The notes under the pieces were generated by a model that saw only the letters and a program-made list of their open reading frames with translations, ran no database searches and was not told where the DNA came from. From positions 310,001 through 374,000 of the forward strand of contig OW569351.1 in NCBI GenBank assembly GCA_937625935.1: a DNA stretch of 64,000 nt. The letters are read 5' to 3'. The DNA comes from Tetramitus jugosus. Its lineage: Eukaryota; Protista; Heterolobosea. Positions 1-12,607 of the stretch are shown piece after piece; position 1 is the stretch's first letter; each line of letters begins with the position of its first letter. A program made the position numbers and the translations under genes.

Positions 1-254
1 TCTAGTGTTGTTGTCTATTTGGTTTGTTGTTGTTTTGGTGGCAAGTTGTAGTCGCTTGTGAATTGTTGTTTTGGGGCAATTTGATTCTTGTTGTTCGGGA
101 GAAGTAGTTTTTGATAGGTTTATGATTGGGTGGGATCACAATGCAGTTCGAGTGCGCACTTCACAGTGGACGGTCCATTGTAATAATGGAAATTCAGGCC
201 AAACTTACATTGAACGAGCGTGTTCCTCCGCAATAGTGTTGGATGAATAAACGT

Positions 255-1419
255 TTATTCATCTTCTTCCTCAAATTCTTCATCTTCGTCTTCGTCATCC
301 TCCATTTGGTTCGTGCTGGCTGGAGCGTAAGGTTGTTGTTGTTGCTGCGGTGACATTTGTTGAGGATTGAATTGTGGCGTGGGTGAGGGCAAAACAGGGA
401 AAGCAGAAGGCAGCTTGGAGTTAGGACTGGGAAGAGGGAATAAAGACGATGACGGTTGAGGCAGCTTTGGAGTGCTGACCATTGGCAAACTTACACCAGA
501 TGTCGGCGTTCCTCCCATACTCAACCTTGGAGGCAGAGCGGTCGGTCCACCAGTTGCAGCAGATGGTGCAAACGGAAGAGGAGTAGGTCCACCACCAACA
601 CCTCCACTGGCACTAGGAATAGGACGCATTGGCAATGGAGTCTTTTCACCACTACCACCACCAACGGCAGTTGGTTTAGGAACAGCCTTTGGCAACACTG
701 AAATCGGTTGTTGCTGTTGTTGTTGTTGTTGCATGTGAGGTGGTTGCGATAAGTGCGCAGATGATTGTTGCTGCTGCTGCTGTTGCTGCAGTGGACTCTG
801 CTGTGGTAATTGAGGGTGCTGCGTTTGTTGCTGTTGCACTTGTGCTTGTTGCAATGCCATTTGTTGTCTCTGTATGTTGACTGCACTGGGTGTGTTGGGT
901 GTGCTGCCCGTTCTAGCTCTCGATTGCGCAAAAAGCTTTCTCTGTTCTTCAATTAGCTCTTGCTCCGTCATTCCTGTGTCCTTATTCTTTCTGGCATTCT
1001 TTGATTGTCTTGCAGCTTCAATCTTGTGAGCTCCATAGGCATCTTCCACTTCGTTTATATAGTCTGCATATCCCAAATTCTGGATTCAACAACAAATTGA
1101 TCAAAGCATTCCATGTTTCGATCGGAAAAAAAGGAGAATGGGTTAATGGTCAAGGACTCACAAGGCAATGTGGGGTAGATTAGCAATAGAGATAACGAAC
1201 CTTCAGTGCTTCAATCACGTGCTCTGGTGATATGGTTTTTTTGTTTCCTTTCAAGCATACGCCGTTTGATTCAGTGGCGATCATTTGTATGAATTCAACA
1301 CAACAGTCACATATCAGTGTAATGATATCGTTGGAACATCTGACATTTTCTCCGAGTAGATTGTCCTTGATCACTTTGCTGACGGTTGCTTTGGGTAGAC
1401 CCAGTTCATCATCTGACAT
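255..1419 (-). CDS. DR1: NC2beta/Dr1 histone-fold TBP-associated repressor; 2 exons (1419-1201, 1079-255), Q/P-rich C-terminal tail
   Basis: MSDDELGLPKATVSKVIKD...CCVEFIQMIATESN...KKTISPEHVIEALK; GT-AG intron 1200-1080 joins in frame to NLGYADYINEV...MTEQELIEEQRKLF. Confidence 0.9.
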
Positions 1420-1755
1420 TGATTCTGCTTCTTTTTCTTCGTTTTTTTTCTTGCACAAAAATGATGGTTCGGGGTATTATGATAGTGATACGGGATCGTT
1501 CATTGTTGTGGGTTGAGACTTATTTGTGTCCAGTCAGCTGATTGAACCATTGCGAAAAGGTGGGAGAGCTTGCACAACATCCTGCCAATTAACCAGCAGT
1601 AGGGAATTTGGTCAGGAATTCCCGCCATCGCGCAAAGATTCTTCGCATGCCACATCGACATTCTTTCGTCGTGCTATCATGAAACGTTTACCCCAACGAA
1701 CAAAAAACATCAAACAAACAAACAACCAAAAATCAACAACAACAATTAATTAACA

Positions 1756-2640
1756 ATGACTACATCCTTTGATTGGTTGCTAACGAGAGAGACGAGCTAT
1801 TTGCATCCTTTTCCAAACTATTATCTATTAACGGTGTCTCTATCGTTTTGCTTCTTCGCAGTGCTATACTTTGTGAGTGGATGGCTATTGCCTGGATATG
1901 CAAAATTAAAGAAGAACTGCTCACCTGGAGAGCTCAAGGATTTGAAGTCGAGAGTCGTGTCGAACGTACATGCTGTTTACGCAGTGGCCGCTGCGTTTTA
2001 CTTGTTTGCCACAGATGAGAAATTGAGAGGCATGGATCTGTTGTATGGCAGTGATGAGATTACACTGTTCTATGGTGTTTCTATGGGCTACTTCATTTAC
2101 GATTTGCTGTTGATTTTGACTGATTTTTCCACGTTGGGAGGAATGGGTATGTTGGCGCATCATTTTGTTGCCATGGCTGCCCAATTGTCCACCAGTGGAT
2201 ACATTCAATTCCATTTGGTCATTGTCCTGTTTGCCATCACTGAGATTACGACACCATTTGTGAACAATAGAGTGTTGTTGACAAAGTTGGAAATGAAGGA
2301 CAGTATTCTGTTCGTGTTGAACGGATTGGCCATGTGTCTCGGATTCATTTTCTTTAGAATGACACTAGTGCCATTGGGTGCCTATTTAATGATTTCACAA
2401 TGGAGTGGTCATGTGTCCCGTGCTGCCCCATTGATTGTGTTTTTAGCTATTGCGGGTCAAGTAGTGCTCGGCATGTTGAACACTCTGTGGACGTACAAGA
2501 TTGTTTCAGGTTTGTTCAAGATTCTTTTTGGCTCTTCCAACAGCAAGAGTAACAAGGCCACTCCTGCCAACACAGCAGCCAAAACAACCACTTCGAAGAG
2601 ACGTCTCAGTGTGGCTGGTTTTCAACACAAGAGCGACTAA
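1756..2640 (+). CDS. TLC (TRAM/LAG1/CLN8) domain membrane protein, TMEM56/TLCD4-like
   Basis: Several hydrophobic helices; RVVSNVHA, GYFIYDL, LAHH, EITTPFVNNR motifs. Confidence 0.85.
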   Translation: MTTSFDWLLTRETSYLHPFPNYYLLTVSLSFCFFAVLYFVSGWLLPGYAKLKKNCSPGELKDLKSRVVSNVHAVYAVAAAFYLFATDEKLRGMDLLYGSDEITLFYGVSMGYFIYDLLLILTDFSTLGGMGMLAHHFVAMAAQLSTSGYIQFHLVIVLFAITEITTPFVNNRVLLTKLEMKDSILFVLNGLAMCLGFIFFRMTLVPLGAYLMISQWSGHVSRAAPLIVFLAIAGQVVLGMLNTLWTYKIVSGLFKILFGSSNSKSNKATPANTAAKTTTSKRRLSVAGFQHKSD

Positions 2641-2873
2641 GTAAGTACGCATCGAGGGTATTGATGATACCTTTTGTCATCAATAAAATGTAAGAGTAAT
2701 ACAATCAAGCAACTGTTCATACCTGGAGATTCACCTTCCAAAATGCTGAAATCGGGATTATTTTCGCGCTCTTTGTTAAACACGTCAACCGGAGAAATAA
2801 ATCACGCAAAACAAACAACAAAAACCATTCCAAGAATATTTATTAGTTCCAACGTGTGAACAACAATCGAAGG

Positions 2874-5800
2874 ATGAGTAGTGGTTCCAATGTGGCACAG
2901 TCACGGTCGGCCATGCTCATGTCAGTGCAGCAAGCCACCAAGAATGTTTTCAAGACTTATGTTATGCAACAACAATCCAATCCCAATTTTGCCTTCACAC
3001 AAGAACCACAAGTCATTTCTCTCATGTATGATTTCTTCTTTAATTCTTTTGTGGTTGTTGTTTTCAGTAGTAGCACGAACGAGATGTCTGACATCCTTTT
3101 CATTTCCGGTGATTGTTGTTGATCACATGTGATGTCTCATCATTTTAGTGAAGAGTTGACCATGTTGATTACATATGGACTCCAACCAGGTGTTCGACTG
3201 GGTGATTTGGCAAGAGAATTGTACCATCCTCAGGATAAACGAGTAGGAAAGAGTGATTTTACTTCTGTACAACTCACGTTGAATGCAGGAAAGTTGTCTA
3301 TTTTCATTGGAGATGTTAGTAATCTGCCTGTTCCTGTCAAGAAACGCTTCTGTACAGTACATAGTATTTTTGCTGACGAAGAACAAGTGTTACGATTGAA
3401 TGGTGTGTTGATGCCATTGGAGCAATTGCGATTTACAGTGCCTACACCTGATACACTGATTCAACAACGGAGGGTCGAACTAGAAGCACAGGAAGAAAGG
3501 AACAGAAAGCAAGAGCAACAATCCCTGACATCTGCCCCAATAGCTGAAAAGGATATGGAAGGCAGTATGCTCATTCGAGTGGTCGATCCATCCTTGGTGA
3601 CAAAATCAAAGAACAAGAGTGATGATTCTCCACAGGAGTTGGCAGTAATTCGAAAAAAGAAGAAGAAGAAGGATGGAAAACCAAAGAAGAAGGACTCAAA
3701 ATCAAAGAAGAAGAATGTTGTGAGCATTGAAGAACCGAGCGAAGTTGAGGAAAAGACAGTTATATTGGATAACCATGATTATGTGGAGCATACAGATATG
3801 ATCACGAGAGCAAACGACGAGTATCAACCAGATAACAATTATGAATATTTGCCATCCGAAACTACAAATGATCCATCAAATAGTACACAGCAAGTCGAAC
3901 AACAAACTGTTGAGGACGCTGATATTTTGGAGACAACCGAGAATGTAGAGGAGAACCTCCTCGAAAACCAGACAACCACGCAAGATATGGAACCATCAAT
4001 TGTGAATGAAATTGATGTGGACATCATTGACGATATGACCCCAGAAACAGATGTTACAAATATCGCACAAATTTCTGACTCAATCTATAGTGGTGAGCCT
4101 GAACAACCTGTGGAGCAAAATGACATCCCAACAAAGTTTGAAGAAGAAGATCATGAAGTTTTACCAGAGATTCCAGTTTGTGAGCCTGTTGTTACTGAGA
4201 ATTCAGAGGAAAATCAATCAAATGAGGACGAGCTCATGTCGGATGACGAAAGGGCGTCCGAGCAGGATGTCGACCAACAACTCATTTCTAATGAAATTGA
4301 AACTGCTCCGACTGAAGACGGTGTGCAGAACATAAATGAGAATGACTCCCAATTATCTCCGGCCGAGTCCGAAACCTCAGTTGAGAAAAAAGAATCAGTT
4401 GAATTTGACTCTTCGAAGAGTGAGAGTGAAGAAGAGCTCTCGCCGACGCAAAATGGGTATGATTACTTGTATGGTGACTCAGAGTCCGAGGAGGAGGAAG
4501 GGTCGAATGACTTCTTTTCTGAACTGTACAAGAAAGCTCAAAAATACAAGCATTTGCGGACCTCCGAAACAGAAGGTGACGATCTTGCTAAGTTGGAGAA
4601 GGAGAGAGCAAGGAAAAAAATGGTCAGAGAGAGAAGAAGAAAAGAAAAGGAAGAAATGGAGCGATTAGAACGAGAGAGACTAGAGGAGCTTGAGAGAATC
4701 AAGGAGGAGGAGATACGAGCAAAGAAAGAGAGGGAAGAACGAGCTGAATCTTATTATACTTCTATCTTGCAAATGGCAAACTCGATGGATAGAATTGGTC
4801 TCAACTCAGGAATACTCAGTGAAGCTGAGGAGTTCTTAAGAAACGGATCCCAACGTCCAGAGTATTCGATTGTATTTAATCGCGCTCTTAATATGCAACA
4901 TAAACAAAAAATGGCATATGAACAGTTTGATAGGTTGATATGTGATGGAAGTCGAAATGATGTTGATGTCTTCATGAACGAGGCCAAGTCATATTTGTCT
5001 GCTAGTGATAGGAATTCTTTGTTTAATCAATGGGCTCAAAAACAAACTTCAGATTTGAAACAAAGAATCAATGAAGGTATCCAAACAGAAGATGATCACT
5101 TGCTCAAACAGCTGTTGTACCAGTTTGAGTCCTGTGAAGATGATTTTGTTGTCAATCAAGAGTTAGATGATTTGTTGTCAACCGCTCGTACTTTGATTCA
5201 AACCAAAGAACACGCTGTTAGAAATCTACGCGAAGCTGTTCAGAGAAGAAATATTGAAATGCTTGAGAAGTTCCTCCCAGCCGCCAAGAATTTTTCTAGC
5301 TTGCAAAATATTGTGAATGATGCTGAAAAATTGCTGAGGGAGATGGTTACTTTGCGAAATGAAATTGAAGCGAACAGAAGTGCCTTGGTAAATGCAACTT
5401 TGAATGGTTCTGTTGAAGAGCTAAGTAACTATATTGTTGAATCGGAAAAATTCTCTGCTCAACTTGCCACTGAAATATCGAATGCTCAATCAGCCCTTTT
5501 AGTCAGGATCAGAGTAGAGTCTTTCAAACAAGTTGTACTAGAAGCGTTAGAACAGAAAGATGAATTAAAACTGAGCGAATTGATAGTATCTTGTGATGAA
5601 TATCCTGCTGATGTTCAAGTCTATAAAGATCAAATGCAAAATGCCCTACTTCAAATCAAAGAGGAGCAGAGAATGGAACAAGAAAGAATCAAAGAAGAAG
5701 AGCGATTGCGCCTCCAGAAGGAGGAAGAAGATAGAAAGGAAAAAGAGCGCTTGGAAAACGAACGGCTGAAGAAAATTGAAGAGGAGAGACTTGAAAAAGA

Positions 5801-8711
5801 AAGAATCGAAAAAGAGGAAGCCGAAAGACTAGAACAGGAAAGAATAGAGCGCGAGGAAACTGAGAGATTAGAGAGAGAAGAAGCCGAACGGATTGAAAGA
5901 GAACGAGTCGAGCAGGAAAGAATCGGAAAAGAACGAAGAGAGAGAGAAGAAGCTGAAAGATTAGAAGAATTACGCATTCAACAAGAAGCTGAGCGGCTTG
6001 AAAGGGAAAGGGTTGAAAGAGAAGAAGCAGAAAAACTGGAGCAGTTACGAAAAGAGCAAGAAGAAGCTCAACGCATCGCCCGGGAGAAAGAAGAAGCCGA
6101 TAGATTGGCACTTGTTGAGAAGGAAAGGACCGAACGTGAAGAAGCTGAGCGACTTGAAAGAGAAAGAGTCGAAAAAGAAGAAGCCGATAGATTGGAACAA
6201 CTTCGCATCCAACAAGAAGCCGAACGTATTGAAAAAGAACGTGTTGAGAGAGAAGAAGCTGAGCGAGTGGCCAGAGAAGAATTAGAAAGATTGGAAACAC
6301 TGCGCATCCAACAAGAAGAAATTGAACGCAAACAAAAGGAGGCCGAAAAGGAGGAGGCCGAGCGCTTAGAAAGAGAGCGAATTCAAAGAGAAGAAGCTGA
6401 GCGTTTGGAGAAACAGCGAATTGAAAAAGAAGAGGCTAAAAAGGAAGCTGAACGATTAGAGAAATTGCGCATTCAACGCGAAGAAGCTGAGCGAATTGAG
6501 AGAGAAAGGGTCGAAAGAGAGGAAGCGGAAAGACTGGAGCAGTTACGAAAAGAGCAAGAAGAAGCTCAACGCATCGCCCGGGAGAAAGAAGAAGCCGATA
6601 GATTGGCACTTGTTGAAAAGGAAAGGATTGAGCGTGAAGAAGCTGAACGGTTAGAAAGCCAAAGGATTCAGCAAGAAGCTGCGCGTCTTGATAAAGAAAG
6701 AGTCGAAAAAGAAGAGGCAAAACGGATTGAACAAATCGAGCAGGAAAGAATCGAAAAGGAAAGGATGGAGCAAGAAGCGTTAGAGCGCATCGCTAGTGAG
6801 CAAGTTCAGGCTACACATCAAGAAAATAGGGAGACTGTTGTTTCGTTGACACAGCAAGTACAGGACTTTGAGGATGTTACCGCCGAAGATGCGATAAAGC
6901 TTCTCACACCTACTAATCCACTTATGCTCAGAAAAAGTCGATCTCCTTCGGCTGATTCTGACGATGGCGAATTTGATGTTGATGAAGATGCCGAGGAGGT
7001 CGATTTTGTGCCCGATAATCACTCTCAGTTGTTGACTGGTGATAGCGATGAAAGAACAGAGAATGATGCCTATGGTGGTGCAAATGACTCATTCTTCACC
7101 CCTATTACACCTGCAGAATTAAGAACCAAGAGTGCAAAGTTCAAAGGAAGACACATCAATTCAATGGCTATGGATGTAATGTCTCTAGTGAATCGCTTTT
7201 TAGTCTTGGCATCAACTGGACGACCAGATCCTGCACAGGCCCAATTTGAATATGACCTCGAACTAGCAAAAAATAGAATATCCAACCTGATTGAAAGACG
7301 GTATTTCGCTTACGACTACAGAGGTGAAGAATCACATTCAACGAAACTCGAGAATCAACTTCTTTCTCGGACTCCAGCCGTAGATGTGAAACATGAGAAG
7401 GTTCACGAGGACAATGAGGAAACTTTTCACTCTTACGAGGGGTCAAGTGCAATTTCGGCAATTATGGAAAGACTTAAGAAGAACGAAGAGGAAGTAAATG
7501 CTGCCGAAGTAACAATGAGTCAACATTGGAGAATGAAGATGCAGGCATTAGATCAGCAACTCTCCTCCGCTCAGACAAGTTTATCTGCTGACTCCCTCTC
7601 ATCTCCGCACTTACGAACGCATGGAGAAGAAGCTGCCTCTGATCTATTAAATCCGGAGACCGATGACATTAGTACAGCTGATGATTATGTTCCTACTGAT
7701 ATCTCCTCATTTACCTCTCCCCATCGTGATGCTCCTCTCACAATCGGTGGATATGAAACACGGAAACGATCATCATCGTCTTCATCAGCCATATCATCCA
7801 ATTCCATGATTTCATCTCTGTCTGAGGCAATCTTCAATAGAAACTATTTCACTGAACATGACGTTTCGACTCCAACTGAGCCATCTGACGTCCTGCTTTC
7901 CCAGTACTCGAGTTCAAATGACTCAACTCATTTGAAATTGATAATTGATCTACCTCCAGCAGAAAGCCTAAACAAGGAAGGCAAAATTAGCTATAAGACG
8001 CAACTCGAGGAGCAGAAGGGAAAATGTCCTACATGCGATAGAGCCCTAAAGAGTGAATATGGATGGTTGCAAAAGCCTCGCTACTGCTACTACACGAATC
8101 AGTATTATTGCAAGACTTGTCACAGTAATAATGAAAAGATGGTGATACCTGCGATCGTTTTGTGGAACTGGAATTTTACACCATACACAGTATGTGATGA
8201 AGCCCTAAATTACTTGAAGACTATCCAAAATAGTCCTATAATCGTAGTAAGTGCAGTCAATCCAATGGCGTTTGATGAAATTGCCAATTTGCGGAAAGCA
8301 AGAATGATTAGAAAGCGACTTATTATTCAGTGGGATTACATTGCACACTGCCCTCAAAAAGATATTATTCTGAAACGAGTCGGAGTCAACACCTTGAATA
8401 TGCATCTCATTACGGACACTGAACTCTACTCGATGAAGAATTTGATAGATATGAACTACGAGACAACGCTCTCTCCATTCCTGAAACAACTCGTATTTAT
8501 ATTCCATCAATTCAGCGAGCACATCACGACGCACTGTGGACATTGTATCAAGAAGGCAAAGACCTATTGTGCCGCTAACTGCAAGAACACGGAGGCTCTG
8601 TTCGAGTTCAACACATCAACTGTGATCAAATGTCCAATGTGTTATCAAACATTCCACAAAAAGTGCTTCTCCGTCAACGGAAATCAGGCCTGTCCACACT
8701 GTAGCTCCTAA
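2874..8711 (+). CDS. Large Rubicon/DEF8/PLEKHM-type protein: RUN-like N-terminus, acidic region, long E/R/K helical repeat, C-terminal Rubicon-homology zinc domain; probable intron 3026-3148
   Basis: C-terminal Q..KCPTC...[16 protein letters not shown]...[11 protein letters not shown]...HITTHCGHC...CPMC...FHKKC...CPHC; upstream exon 2874-3025 (GTATG donor) splices in frame to give [15 protein letters not shown]. Confidence 0.8.
6035..6616 (+). repeat. Intragenic duplication of about 84 bp (6035-6118 and 6533-6616) within the E/R/K repeat
   Basis: ACTGGAGCAGTTACGAAAAGAGCAAGAAGAAGCTCAACGCATCGCCCGGGAGAAAGAAGAAGCCGATAGATTGGCACTTGTTGA occurs twice, 498 bp apart, in frame. Confidence 0.9.
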
Positions 8712-8890
8712 TCGAAATTACAACCCGAAATACTTTGTAAACTAATTTATTGGAAAGAATCTCCACTTGCAAATTTTCCTTCCCAGCTTCAATTTTACGT
8801 TCTAAATTTGTGGCAATCGTTTGCTTCAAAAGCTCAACATCCACAATCCATTTCACACAAAAAACCAAAAAGCAACAATCAATATTGATC

Positions 8891-10762
8891 ATGATGTCAA
8901 AGGGCGTATTATCTGTTGCCAACTCTACCAAAAAAGTGGCGGCCAAGCTGGAAGATCTCCACTTTGTCAACTATTTCACAAGGAGCCTCGTTGCTGATCC
9001 TGTGGAAGAAAACGCTCTGCGTCAAGTCCCAGGTGCCATGTTCAGTTATGTGAACCCGACAAGGATCTTCCAAACAACACATGATAAGGATGCTGATCTC
9101 GACGATGAAGAGAAGAAGAGGGAATCTGCCTTGTTGGATCTCGTATCAAAGCACTGGGATCTAGTGGCGTTCAGCAAGGACGCTGCGCTCGATTGTCTTC
9201 ATCTACAGGTGCCAGATGACGTATTGAACAACAAGGATCACGAGGAACACAAGAAACTATTGTCGTACTTGTCTGGTTCTCATTGGTTGCCCGATGATCA
9301 AACACGGTACTATGCTCATGCCTACTCGGGTCATCAATTTGGTCACTTTGCGAGTCAATTGGGTGATGGAAGAGCAATATCTCTGGGACAAATTGAAACA
9401 GATCATGAAAATGAAGGACAAGATCATTTGTGGGAATTGCAATTGAAGGGAGCAGGTCTAACGCCCTTCTCAAGAAGAGCCGACGGTAGAGCAGTTTTGC
9501 GATCTTCGGTGCGAGAGTTTTTAGCGAGCGAAGCAATGCATCACTTGGGAATACCAACAACGAGAGCGTTATCACTGGTTAAATCGCATGAGAAGATTGT
9601 CCCCAGAGATGAATTTTATAATTGGAATGTGAAGATGGAACATTCTGCAATTGTGCTGAGAATGGCACCGTCATTTGTTCGATTTGGCTCTTTTGAGCAC
9701 TTTTTCTATCGATACAAAGATGTACAGAAGCGAAATAAGGAATGGTTGTTGATTGACGAATTAATGAACTATGTGATCAAGTATCACTTCCCAGAATTGT
9801 TGAACGGACAATCGACTACTGTTGTGAACAGAGAAGTGCGAAAGGAATTTCTGAACGAAGTTGTAAAACGAACTGCACAGCTCTATGCCAAGTGGCAAAC
9901 AGTAGGATTTACTCATGGTGTGTTGAACACTGACAATAATAGTATACTGGGACTTACGATCGACTATGGTCCATATGGATTCATGGATTTCTTTGATCCT
10001 GATTTCGTTCCAAACCACTCGGATAGTGAAGGACGATACAGCTACTCTAATCAGCCTCAAATTGGCCAATGGAACTGTGATAAGCTAGTCTATTGTCTAT
10101 CACCATCCTTATTTGATTTCTCAGAGAACGGAGAAGCGAACAAGGACGAAACATCACCCAACTATAAGCCACCGATGAGTGCGGAATCATTCAGAGAGTT
10201 GAGACTTCAAGTTTCAGAACTCTATTGGAACACATTTAATTCAGAGTATATCAGAATTATGAGAAACAAGTTAGGCTTGAAGTCTGACAACTCGCAAGAT
10301 GTTAAACTTGTGGAGAAGTTATTCAATTGGATGACAGAGTCCAGTGCAGATATGACAAATTTCTTCAGAAAGCTTAGCGAATTGAAGAAAGATAAGGACA
10401 TGAGTGAACAGGCCGTTGTATTTGATTCGCTGTGTGCTGCAATGCCAGTCAATTTAGAAAGCCACCAACAAAAGCTAAAGCAATGGTTGGAAGAGTACAT
10501 GGAGCGATTGACATTAGACAAGGACTTCTCAGATGAGGATCGAAAGACCCTAATGAACAAAACTAATCCAAAGTTCATCCTAAGAAATTGGATGGCACAC
10601 GAGTCCATTCTAAAAGCGAGAACTGGTGATTACTCTCAAGTGAATGAAATTTACGAGCTCTTGCTCACTCCATTCGACGAACAATCAGAAGAAATCTCCC
10701 AAAAGTATGCTCGAAATGCTCCCGAATGGGCCAAATCTCTAAAATGCAGCTGCTCCTCATAA
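8891..10762 (+). CDS. SELO: SelO/YdiU family protein AMPylase, cysteine (non-Sec) form
   Basis: YSGHQFG..QLGDGRA, ELQLKGAGLTPFSRRADGRAVLRSSVREFLASEAMH, GFTHGVLNTDN, IDYGPYGF, NPKFILRNW; C-terminal CSCSS. Confidence 0.95.
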   Translation: MMSKGVLSVANSTKKVAAKLEDLHFVNYFTRSLVADPVEENALRQVPGAMFSYVNPTRIFQTTHDKDADLDDEEKKRESALLDLVSKHWDLVAFSKDAALDCLHLQVPDDVLNNKDHEEHKKLLSYLSGSHWLPDDQTRYYAHAYSGHQFGHFASQLGDGRAISLGQIETDHENEGQDHLWELQLKGAGLTPFSRRADGRAVLRSSVREFLASEAMHHLGIPTTRALSLVKSHEKIVPRDEFYNWNVKMEHSAIVLRMAPSFVRFGSFEHFFYRYKDVQKRNKEWLLIDELMNYVIKYHFPELLNGQSTTVVNREVRKEFLNEVVKRTAQLYAKWQTVGFTHGVLNTDNNSILGLTIDYGPYGFMDFFDPDFVPNHSDSEGRYSYSNQPQIGQWNCDKLVYCLSPSLFDFSENGEANKDETSPNYKPPMSAESFRELRLQVSELYWNTFNSEYIRIMRNKLGLKSDNSQDVKLVEKLFNWMTESSADMTNFFRKLSELKKDKDMSEQAVVFDSLCAAMPVNLESHQQKLKQWLEEYMERLTLDKDFSDEDRKTLMNKTNPKFILRNWMAHESILKARTGDYSQVNEIYELLLTPFDEQSEEISQKYARNAPEWAKSLKCSCSS

Positions 10763-10923
10763 ACATTTTCAATTCGTAGCTCCCATATCTTTCTTTTTCC
10801 CTCATTTCCAATCCATCCACCACATATGCTTAATTATCCGTCAGTTGAATTCCCTCCCGAGCCAAAAGGAACTAACAACTGGATTTGTACAGAATCAAAG
10901 CAAAAAACAACAAAGCTCAAAAA

Positions 10924-12372
10924 ATGCTTCACAACACATCTGCCATAACAACAACGACACTGGTGCAGCTTCTATTCACAATCTTTGTCTGCTGTTGTTG
11001 TTTCTTACAATCACACAATTACAGTGTCAATGCATCTCTTACATTTGATCCATCTGGTTTGGATCGTGCTCTCAAAGCTGGAATTCAAGCAAAGGCATTT
11101 CCTGGTGCAGTGGGAGCAGTAGGTGATGAAACAGGTGTGTTGTACATGAAGGCACACGGTCATTTCACTTATTCGTCGGATCTTGAGAGCAATAAGCCAA
11201 TGACTGCTGATACATTGTTTGATGTGGCGTCAGTGACCAAGGTGTTGGCCACGACGAACGCTGTGGCGACACTTTATCAGAGAGGACAATTGGATCTCCA
11301 CACGAAAATCAGCGACATTTTTCCCGCTTTTGCCGCCAATGGAAAGCGCGATATTACTGTAGAGCATTGCTTGTTGCATACGGCGGGATTTCCACCTGAT
11401 CCCGTTCCCAATTTTGAGCAACCGAGTGTTGGATGTGAGCAATCTCAACAGTACTATCCTGAATTGTCATTCTCATGCCAGGAGAGATTGTTCCACAAGC
11501 TAATGAATCAAACATTGCAGAATCCAATTGGAAAGGTGTATGTTTACTCTGATATTAGCATGATGACTCTGGCAAATGTTGTCGGTCAATTGGCCAAGGA
11601 TCATGGCTATGTGACAAAGAATGATACGCTGCCTGGGTGTCCAATTGGAAATCCGAATGGCGAACAACAGTGCTATTATGAGGCCTATGTTCGCAAACAC
11701 ATCTTGCAAAAGTTGGGTATGAAGACGAGCGGATTCTTGCCATCGGTTGAATTGTGGAACAGTATTCCTCCACTCTGGAATGACACAAGTTACAGACACA
11801 AGCTTATCCAGGGATTTGTATCAGATGAGAATGCATATGCAATGGGTGGTATTGCAGGACATGCCGGTCTCTTTTCATCTGTTTCTGAAGTTGCGAAAAT
11901 GGTGAGTGTCATGATGTTCGAACCAGAAACCCTATTGAATGCAACAACTTTGAAGCGATTCTCTCAAGTAGGTAACCTAAACATTAGTTCTAGAGCCCTA
12001 GGATGGGATACAATGATGGATGATCCAACAGAAGGTGCATGTGGAACATTGTCCAGAAGTACATTGTATCACACAGGTTACTCTGGCACATTGGTGTGTA
12101 TGGATCCTGTCCGTAAGATATACTCCATTCTCTTCACCAACAGAGGCTACCCCGAGAAGTTGAACTTTGATATCAAGACATACAGATATCAATTCAATGC
12201 TGCAGTCAAGACATCATATGACAAGTCCCTCAAGAAGTCGGATATTTTCGTGTACGTGATGTACGGATTGTTGTCAGCTGCAATCCTCTCTGTGTTCTTT
12301 GCCTCTCTGATCTCTCTTGTCGTTTACTTGGTGAAGAGAAGAAACAACGAATATAATCAAATATTAAACTAG
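10924..12372 (+). CDS. Serine beta-lactamase-fold hydrolase (AmiE/YfeW-like), with signal peptide and C-terminal TM helix
   Basis: FDVASVTK (SxxK), LLHTAG, YSD, GFVSDENA..GGIAGHAGLFS, HTGYSGT; hydrophobic N- and C-termini. Confidence 0.85.
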   Translation: MLHNTSAITTTTLVQLLFTIFVCCCCFLQSHNYSVNASLTFDPSGLDRALKAGIQAKAFPGAVGAVGDETGVLYMKAHGHFTYSSDLESNKPMTADTLFDVASVTKVLATTNAVATLYQRGQLDLHTKISDIFPAFAANGKRDITVEHCLLHTAGFPPDPVPNFEQPSVGCEQSQQYYPELSFSCQERLFHKLMNQTLQNPIGKVYVYSDISMMTLANVVGQLAKDHGYVTKNDTLPGCPIGNPNGEQQCYYEAYVRKHILQKLGMKTSGFLPSVELWNSIPPLWNDTSYRHKLIQGFVSDENAYAMGGIAGHAGLFSSVSEVAKMVSVMMFEPETLLNATTLKRFSQVGNLNISSRALGWDTMMDDPTEGACGTLSRSTLYHTGYSGTLVCMDPVRKIYSILFTNRGYPEKLNFDIKTYRYQFNAAVKTSYDKSLKKSDIFVYVMYGLLSAAILSVFFASLISLVVYLVKRRNNEYNQILN

Positions 12373-12607
12373 TTTTAGCTCGGTAAAATATGTATTAGAC
12401 CATGTGTTACTATAGTGAAAGAAGTTGTAACATGAGAACTGAGACAATCATTGGAGAGTAAATGAGGCAAAGAAATCTCTTCTGAATCTTTACTAAGTTA
12501 CAATTTAAATAAGATAGGGTATTTTATGTTTTGTTGTCGGACTCATGTCATAGTGATGAGACACATGTCTCATCGAGTTCACTTGATGGCCGGTGGCATT
12601 TCTTGTA

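Noticed and set aside
5650-6790. CRISPR-like array or satellite
   Set aside because: The repeats are in-frame codons of an E/R/K-rich helix, with no repeat-spacer structure.
10740-10800. Selenocysteine/SECIS in SelO
   Set aside because: The C-terminus is encoded TGC-AGC-TGC-TCC-TCA-TAA (CSCSS), with no in-frame TGA; this is the Cys form.
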